Source of the DNA: a virus
DNA length: 64,000 nucleotides
Strand: one strand, 5' to 3'
Virus record (IMG/VR): IMGVR_UViG_3300008261_004773
Coordinates: 32,830-96,829 of that record
Each line of letters opens with the position of its first letter. Within the stretch, counting starts at the first letter, position 1. Of this stretch, positions 58,803 to 64,000 are shown piece after piece. The notes under the pieces were generated by a model that was not told the origin of the DNA, ran no database searches, and worked only from the letters and a program-made list of their open reading frames with translations. A program made the position numbers and the translations under genes.

Positions 58803-59399
58803 TTATTTTATACCTGTTGAACCAAATCCTTTATCACCTCTGTCTTTATCTAAGATCTCATCTTTCTCGATCAAATCAACCCATCGACCATTTACAACAG
58901 GACATAAAACAGCTTGAGCAACTTTCATACCGCATGTTATGTTGAATGGGGTTGGGTTTGTGTTGAAGACGGGAACTTTACATTCTCCTGTATATCCATT
59001 ATCTACTGTACCTGGAGAGTTTAGTACTATCAATCCTTGATTGATTGCTAACCCTGATTTTGTTCTGATTTGAATTTCATATCCATCGTCAATATCAAAC
59101 TTCAATCCTGTAGGAATTAAAGCACGACCAAAGGCTGGTATGGTTATATCAATCACTGAATGGAGGTCAAATCCTGAATCAGTTGGATAGTTGTATTTTG
59201 GTTTAATCGCCAAGGGAGATATTCTTTGATATCCCAAACCTCTATTCACAGAGTAGGATGATTCATCCATAAGGTCTTGTGATGAAAGACCTAACAAGGC
59301 ATCTAGTTCTTTGATGTCGTTTTCTTCATCGAATACATTTTCGAAACCCTCTATTTTCTTAACGGCATCTAATAATTCCTTTTTAAAACTCTCATTCAT
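58803..59399 (-). CDS. dut: dUTPase (trimeric type)
   Basis: SGFDL, KSGLA, GTVDNGYTGE, AQ, RGDKGFGSTG. Confidence 0.95.
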   Translation of the reverse strand: MNESFKKELLDAVKKIEGFENVFDEENDIKELDALLGLSSQDLMDESSYSVNRGLGYQRISPLAIKPKYNYPTDSGFDLHSVIDITIPAFGRALIPTGLKFDIDDGYEIQIRTKSGLAINQGLIVLNSPGTVDNGYTGECKVPVFNTNPTPFNITCGMKVAQAVLCPVVNGRWVDLIEKDEILDKDRGDKGFGSTGIK

Positions 59400-59400
59400 A

Positions 59401-60102
59401 TTATAAAAGATTTACAAATTTCTTTACTACTTCGTACAATACTACAACATCTTTCTCACAGTAGGTGTTTATTTTATCTATATTTTTTTCATCCCAATAT
59501 ACAGTATGAACCTTCGATCCATCCATTTCGTCAGATTTTGAAGACTCGACTCCCATCACACCACACATTAAATCTAAAGTTGATATTGTTGCGTATTGAC
59601 CATATTGCCACACATCTCGGGTATCGATCGCTCTAATTTCCCATGGTTTGGTATCGTATGATGGTAATATTTTTGGTGGGTTTAATCCATTGATAATCAT
59701 ACGTTTTGCTAACATAGGAATATCAAAATTTTTAACATTATGACCACACAGAAAATATCCCATTTCTCCACATTTGAAAAGTGTTTTTCTCAACTCAACC
59801 AATAAAGTTCTTTCGTTATCGTTAGAATATACTGATGTTTTGAATTTACCGTTCTGATCAATAATACCTAAACATACAGTTACTATTTTGGCAAACTCAG
59901 GTACTAAAGCGGCCCTTGTACTGAACAACTGATTGAGATTGGCGTCAATGTCCTCAGGGAACCTTTTTTTGAACCACGATTCATAATGACTAAATAGGTC
60001 TGATAATCTCTTATCAGATTTCTCCAAGTTGTCGAAGTCCTTTTGACAACCAACGGTTTCTATATCAATGAATAATATTTTTTCTAACGGAACATTTATC
60101 AT
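59401..60102 (-). CDS. 3'-5' exonuclease, PolB-exo-like
   Basis: FIDIET, GHNVKNFDIP, YCEKDV. Confidence 0.88.
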   Translation of the reverse strand: MINVPLEKILFIDIETVGCQKDFDNLEKSDKRLSDLFSHYESWFKKRFPEDIDANLNQLFSTRAALVPEFAKIVTVCLGIIDQNGKFKTSVYSNDNERTLLVELRKTLFKCGEMGYFLCGHNVKNFDIPMLAKRMIINGLNPPKILPSYDTKPWEIRAIDTRDVWQYGQYATISTLDLMCGVMGVESSKSDEMDGSKVHTVYWDEKNIDKINTYCEKDVVVLYEVVKKFVNLL

Positions 60103-61307
60103 AAAAAGCTCTTGTAAAGTTGTGCTCTATCTTTAGTTACTTTGTTAAGATCATAAGTGTCTTTAACGGTTTCATACAATCTTTCACCTAAATCTTTAAT
60201 CCAATTAGGATTCTTGATTAATTTCTCGATGTATTTTGCCCAATCGGAGTGATTTCTGTTTTCGTCAACCAAAAGAGCATTACCGTCTGTGAAATTACCA
60301 TTTTGTAGTGAATGTTTCAAATCTATTGTGTAAGGACCAATGTTCGATGCAATAAGGGCTTTCTTATAGAATCCTGATTCTATTACTTTCAACTGTGACT
60401 TTACTCTGTTGAAGATGTGGTTTTTTAAAGGTGCTAAAGAAATATCAAACTTGGAATAGTTTCTTGCATATGCAGTTACAGGTTTTGTCCAAACTCGAAC
60501 ATAAGGTTGATCAAATTCTCCCTCGAAAGGATCTTGTGTATACTTCAAAAGATATTCCTTGTATTCAGGACTAACAGTTGTGTAATTTTGGGTGAAGACT
60601 TTTTCATATGTTGACCAAACTGTTTCTTCAGGTAAAATGTTTCTTTTCTTTTGTTCACCTGTTTGACCGTTGATTTCAGTCATTGTTCCTCTTGTGTCAA
60701 ATCCACAGATAACAAACTGAGTTTGATCTTTATATCTTGTTAGTTTACTAAAAGATTGATCCAATAATAGGATATCTGAAAGATGAGATGAACCACCAAG
60801 CCAACCAACACGGATCCTTTCAGACTCTAAAGTTGGTTCATTGAACTGACCTTCTTTTGGATTGATTGCGTTTGGTAGAATAAAAACATTCTTATTTACC
60901 TTTTGGATTTCATCTGCAAAAATAGAAGTAGTTGTTGTTACATATTTTGCAACACGAATACAATTTACAATCTTTTCATTGATTTTGTTCACTCGAATAA
61001 CATCGTGAATTGGGTGATCCTTTGTCGGCATCCAATAGTCATCAATGTCACATACTGTGATAATTCCTAATTTATTGAGTTCTTGTACTAATTGAACTCC
61101 CGCATCGAAGTCCAACCCAATATTTCTATGATATGAAACAATATGATAATCCTTATAATAGTTTATATCATATGGAGGATCATAAACAATATCAACATGG
61201 AAATCATCTGAGTGTTGATTTTGTAAGAAAATGTGTGGATCTACAGATCTAAATTTACCAACACCAGTTCTGTCTGAGGGTAATACCAATACTTTAATTT
61301 TGGACAT
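60099..61307 (-). CDS. GT-B fold glycosyltransferase
   Basis: DIDD, PNAI, VGWLGGSSH, DISLAPL...FNRVKSQLKVIE. Confidence 0.85.
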   Translation of the reverse strand: MSKIKVLVLPSDRTGVGKFRSVDPHIFLQNQHSDDFHVDIVYDPPYDINYYKDYHIVSYHRNIGLDFDAGVQLVQELNKLGIITVCDIDDYWMPTKDHPIHDVIRVNKINEKIVNCIRVAKYVTTTTSIFADEIQKVNKNVFILPNAINPKEGQFNEPTLESERIRVGWLGGSSHLSDILLLDQSFSKLTRYKDQTQFVICGFDTRGTMTEINGQTGEQKKRNILPEETVWSTYEKVFTQNYTTVSPEYKEYLLKYTQDPFEGEFDQPYVRVWTKPVTAYARNYSKFDISLAPLKNHIFNRVKSQLKVIESGFYKKALIASNIGPYTIDLKHSLQNGNFTDGNALLVDENRNHSDWAKYIEKLIKNPNWIKDLGERLYETVKDTYDLNKVTKDRAQLYKSFL

Positions 61308-61360
61308 ATTATAATTTTACTTGGTAAAATATAGTATTTTGTCCTGATTAAAGAAAGTTG

Positions 61361-61915
61361 TTATTTGATTTTTTTGACTTTAGTTACTTTTCCTTCGAAA
61401 ATATGTGAACCAACTCTGAATGAAAAACTCTCGTTAGTTTTTTCAGTTTCTTCTACTAACAATCCATTTTCTCTAAGTGCTTCGTTCACCGCTTGTTTAA
61501 CCAACTTGTTGATACTCGATAGATCAATATTTGAAGTTGATTTAGATTCTAAAACTGGCTCAACCGATGGTTGTTTTTTACCCATAAGTCTCGAAGCCTT
61601 TTCAACTAATTCGTCTGACAATACAGGTGAAGATTGTTGTGGGGGTACGATAGGGTTTTCTAACATCAATTTTTTTATTGAGTCAGGTAGTTTAGATTTC
61701 TTGATCGCATCCACAGAAGGATTTGCAACATCTTTCGTGTTTTCGAAAGAACTTTCTGAAACTAAACCGTTCGGAATATTATATTTGGCTTGTGGTGCTG
61801 CGAACTCTTGTAAAGATGTATCAGGTAATTGTACAGGATTATTTCCTCTTGGGATTTGATTATGTTTGTCCATGATGGCTTTAGACACCATCAGTTTTTG
61901 CATTAAGTCACTCAT
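61361..61915 (-). CDS. Hypothetical protein
   Basis: 184-aa ORF. Confidence 0.7.
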   Translation of the reverse strand: MSDLMQKLMVSKAIMDKHNQIPRGNNPVQLPDTSLQEFAAPQAKYNIPNGLVSESSFENTKDVANPSVDAIKKSKLPDSIKKLMLENPIVPPQQSSPVLSDELVEKASRLMGKKQPSVEPVLESKSTSNIDLSSINKLVKQAVNEALRENGLLVEETEKTNESFSFRVGSHIFEGKVTKVKKIK

Positions 61916-61916
61916 T

Positions 61917-62303
61917 TTAGGTAAATTTTACAACAATAATAACACTACTCATAGATTTGTCACCATTTGGATTGAAGTTAGGTCTTGGTGCATCAAAAAT
62001 TTCGTTTGTTGGTTTCAGAGATAAAATTTTATCCAATCTGAAAAGTCTCCATCCAGGTAATGGTTGTTCTCCTTTATATCCCGTAAAGGATGCACCTTCT
62101 TCATCCCAAGCTCGTAAAGCTAAGTTATTAGTTCCTTTCATCCTACCCAAACATACGGGTTCAATTTGACGCAAACCTCTACCACCTGGTTCATCACCAT
62201 CGTAGTAGATTATACATTTCTGTCTCTTTTTGATGCAATCAACAACGCTATCAACAGAAGCAATCTCTACAATTAACTCTTTTAGAGATTCTTGTAATTT
62301 CAT
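61917..62303 (-). CDS. WYL domain protein
   Basis: IYY..R.IEP..LG...LRAW...WRLFRLDKI. Confidence 0.8.
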   Translation of the reverse strand: MKLQESLKELIVEIASVDSVVDCIKKRQKCIIYYDGDEPGGRGLRQIEPVCLGRMKGTNNLALRAWDEEGASFTGYKGEQPLPGWRLFRLDKILSLKPTNEIFDAPRPNFNPNGDKSMSSVIIVVKFT

Positions 62304-62599
62304 TAAATAGAGAAGTTCGGATAAGGTTTATTGGCGTTGTATTTGTTAATCTTGATTTCATTCTTTCTCTCGCCAACATCAAGTCCTGTACCCGCATTTT
62401 GATTATACACATCAAGGAAAACGCCAGTACCTCTACCCAACTCATCACCATCAGCAATTGCATCTGGACTATTAACTGAGTAAATTACTTTTTCTGCGTT
62501 GTAATCGTTTCTTGTGATCAATTTTTTTCTCTCAGTGTCTGCGATTGCTGTAAGTTGATTTTCAACGTCTTGACTCAAATCTATTGGTAAATCTGCCAT
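62303..62599 (-). CDS. Hypothetical protein
   Basis: 98-aa ORF in operon. Confidence 0.7.
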   Translation of the reverse strand: MADLPIDLSQDVENQLTAIADTERKKLITRNDYNAEKVIYSVNSPDAIADGDELGRGTGVFLDVYNQNAGTGLDVGERKNEIKINKYNANKPYPNFSI

Positions 62600-62601
62600 A
62601 G

Positions 62602-63063
62602 TTATCTGTTCATTAAATTGTTTATTCTTTTAAGGCTTTCAGTTACAGCGGTATCATACTTCTGTAGAGTTGACTTGTGTTTTTGTGATGGTCTAACGTT
62701 CGTATAATCTTTTTCATGATTCTTGATATGTTGGTTTTCCATACCAGTTTCAGATTTATTGTGTTTTGTCATGTAAACTGAGTTTCTAAGGAATGATAAA
62801 GCTCCATCTACCCATCCTTTCATTTTTTCACCACCATTCAAAACAAACGGATCTTCGTTTGTCTTACCTTTGAAATTATCAAAGAAGTTTTTAATCCTTT
62901 TTAATTGTTGGTAAGTTACAGAGTTTTGAGATTGTAGCTCTTGGTTTCTATTATACCCCTCGGTGTACTGATTTGCATTCTGAACCGAACTGAAAGAACT
63001 TTTCATGTGTTCTTTCATTTCATCAGGAAATTTCACCCTTTTATTATAAAGATCACTGTTCAC
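62602..63063 (-). CDS. Hypothetical protein
   Basis: 153-aa ORF (LKRIKNFFD..LNGG..W motif). Confidence 0.7.
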   Translation of the reverse strand: MNSDLYNKRVKFPDEMKEHMKSSFSSVQNANQYTEGYNRNQELQSQNSVTYQQLKRIKNFFDNFKGKTNEDPFVLNGGEKMKGWVDGALSFLRNSVYMTKHNKSETGMENQHIKNHEKDYTNVRPSQKHKSTLQKYDTAVTESLKRINNLMNR

Positions 63064-63883
63064 TCTCGAATAATTTTATAATGTCGTTTTTTGACATACC
63101 GTTTTTCTTTGCTTGTTTAACCAAAGATTTTATATTCTTCTTGATCACTGAAAGTGATTCATTATCATCAGAATCTTTATCCTCTATTTGTTTTTTTACT
63201 ACGTCAGATTTGTTTGAACTTTTGTTCTTCATTAAGATATCTTCAACAACCTTCAACATTTTTTGTCTTTGGATTTCTTCTATCTTTTCTTTCTCGGTAA
63301 TTCTTTGTCTTACAAATGCACCTTTCTTTTTCTTCTTGTCAAGTTTAATAGTTTTACCCATCTCATCTGCTCTTTCAACTGCATTGTCCACACCCATTTT
63401 ATCTAAAATCTTGATTGTTTGTGATGGAGTTTTACCTGAAGTTTCTTCATAACCAAAGGCTTTAGATAAATCCTCTTCACCGATTTCTTCAATTGACTCA
63501 CCATAATAAACTCTGTATCCACGTGTGATTGGATCGTTTGTAATTGTTGCTGCTGGTACCGTTTGGTCCATAGTTTTCTTTGGGTGTAATTTAGGATCTA
63601 AAATTGGTACCTTAGAATTGGCCATTGATCCATCGGCAGTAACTAACTCTTCAATCTCACCTTTTAGTTCTTTGGTGGATTTAACTTTTTTTTCTTTAGC
63701 AATCTTTGATAGATGTTTTCTCACTTTATCACCGTGTTTTTTATCAAAGTCAACTTTCTCATCTTTTTTCCTGGCTTCGGACAAAGTAGTCTCTACTGAA
63801 AAATAAAGAGAATATTTATTTCCTTTATCTCTCAATAAGAAATAGTATGGATTCGAATACAGTTCTTGGTCTATGGCTATCAT
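63053..63883 (-). CDS. Hypothetical protein
   Basis: 276-aa ORF, TATTTATA 14 nt upstream. Confidence 0.75.
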   Translation of the reverse strand: MIAIDQELYSNPYYFLLRDKGNKYSLYFSVETTLSEARKKDEKVDFDKKHGDKVRKHLSKIAKEKKVKSTKELKGEIEELVTADGSMANSKVPILDPKLHPKKTMDQTVPAATITNDPITRGYRVYYGESIEEIGEEDLSKAFGYEETSGKTPSQTIKILDKMGVDNAVERADEMGKTIKLDKKKKKGAFVRQRITEKEKIEEIQRQKMLKVVEDILMKNKSSNKSDVVKKQIEDKDSDDNESLSVIKKNIKSLVKQAKKNGMSKNDIIKLFESEQ

Positions 63884-63897
63884 CCTCTTTTTTTAAC

Positions 63898-63925
63898 TAT
63901 AAATACTTTGAAGCGGGTATTTATC
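63898..63925. promoter_or_regulatory. Back-to-back TATTTAT motifs for divergent genes
   Basis: TATAAATA 63898-63905 (minus) and TATTTATC 63918-63925 (plus). Confidence 0.65.
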
Positions 63926-63932
63926 ATTAATC

Positions 63933-64000
63933 ATGGCTTATCAGAATATAAATCAATATAATTTCAGAAAGTGGTATCTCAAGCCTGTCAATGAAATAAC
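63933..64000 (+). CDS. Start of a gene running off the window (MAYQNINQYNFRKWYLKPVNEI)
   Basis: ATG 7 nt after TATTTATC, open to the window end. Confidence 0.6.
   Translation, partial: MAYQNINQYNFRKWYLKPVNEI

Noticed and set aside
1-64000. Stop-codon reassignment
   Set aside because: Long genes are intact under code 11; no CUA or UCA anticodon (tRNA 7625-7696 loop CTTCTAA reads TCT)

Overview
64 kb of a large AT-rich T4-like (huge/jumbo-type) phage genome, almost certainly infecting a Bacteroidota host (TAnnTTTG promoters, Bacteroidota-type bS21, tmRNA tag starting GET, Oar-like TonB-dependent receptor, DUF4494-like gene). Standard genetic code. Layout: (1) 0-14.5 kb accessory region with 10 tRNAs, a tmRNA, several unexplained structured RNAs, an M23 peptidase, membrane proteins and a 1091-aa TonB-dependent receptor; (2) 15.7-19.8 kb proteostasis genes (Zn peptidase, N-domain-less ClpC, Hsp20, KTSC); (3) 19.8-37.5 kb head module (NTase/peptidoglycan-hydrolase fusion, terminase, portal, antisense ribosomal protein bS21, prohead protease, scaffold, major capsid); (4) 39.5-64 kb minus-strand block with structural genes, a gp55-like sigma factor, PhoH, a ~15 kb glycan synthesis/modification cluster, dUTPase, exonuclease and a WYL protein. 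Most notable: a DIP1984-like coiled-coil gene followed by a ~177-nt stem-closed RNA with 7-nt periodic TYA repeats; three more orphan structured RNAs abutting tRNA/tmRNA genes; a tmRNA with a 21-codon tag next to a phage ClpC; a sense-strand TATTTATA motif often only 3-5 nt before ATG; and recurring (I/L)-x-E helices suggesting capsid-packaged polyproteins cut by the prohead protease. Five frameshifting junctions at 36.3-44.5 kb look like missing sequence, probably assembly artefacts. All calls are from motif recognition by eye; no searches were run.
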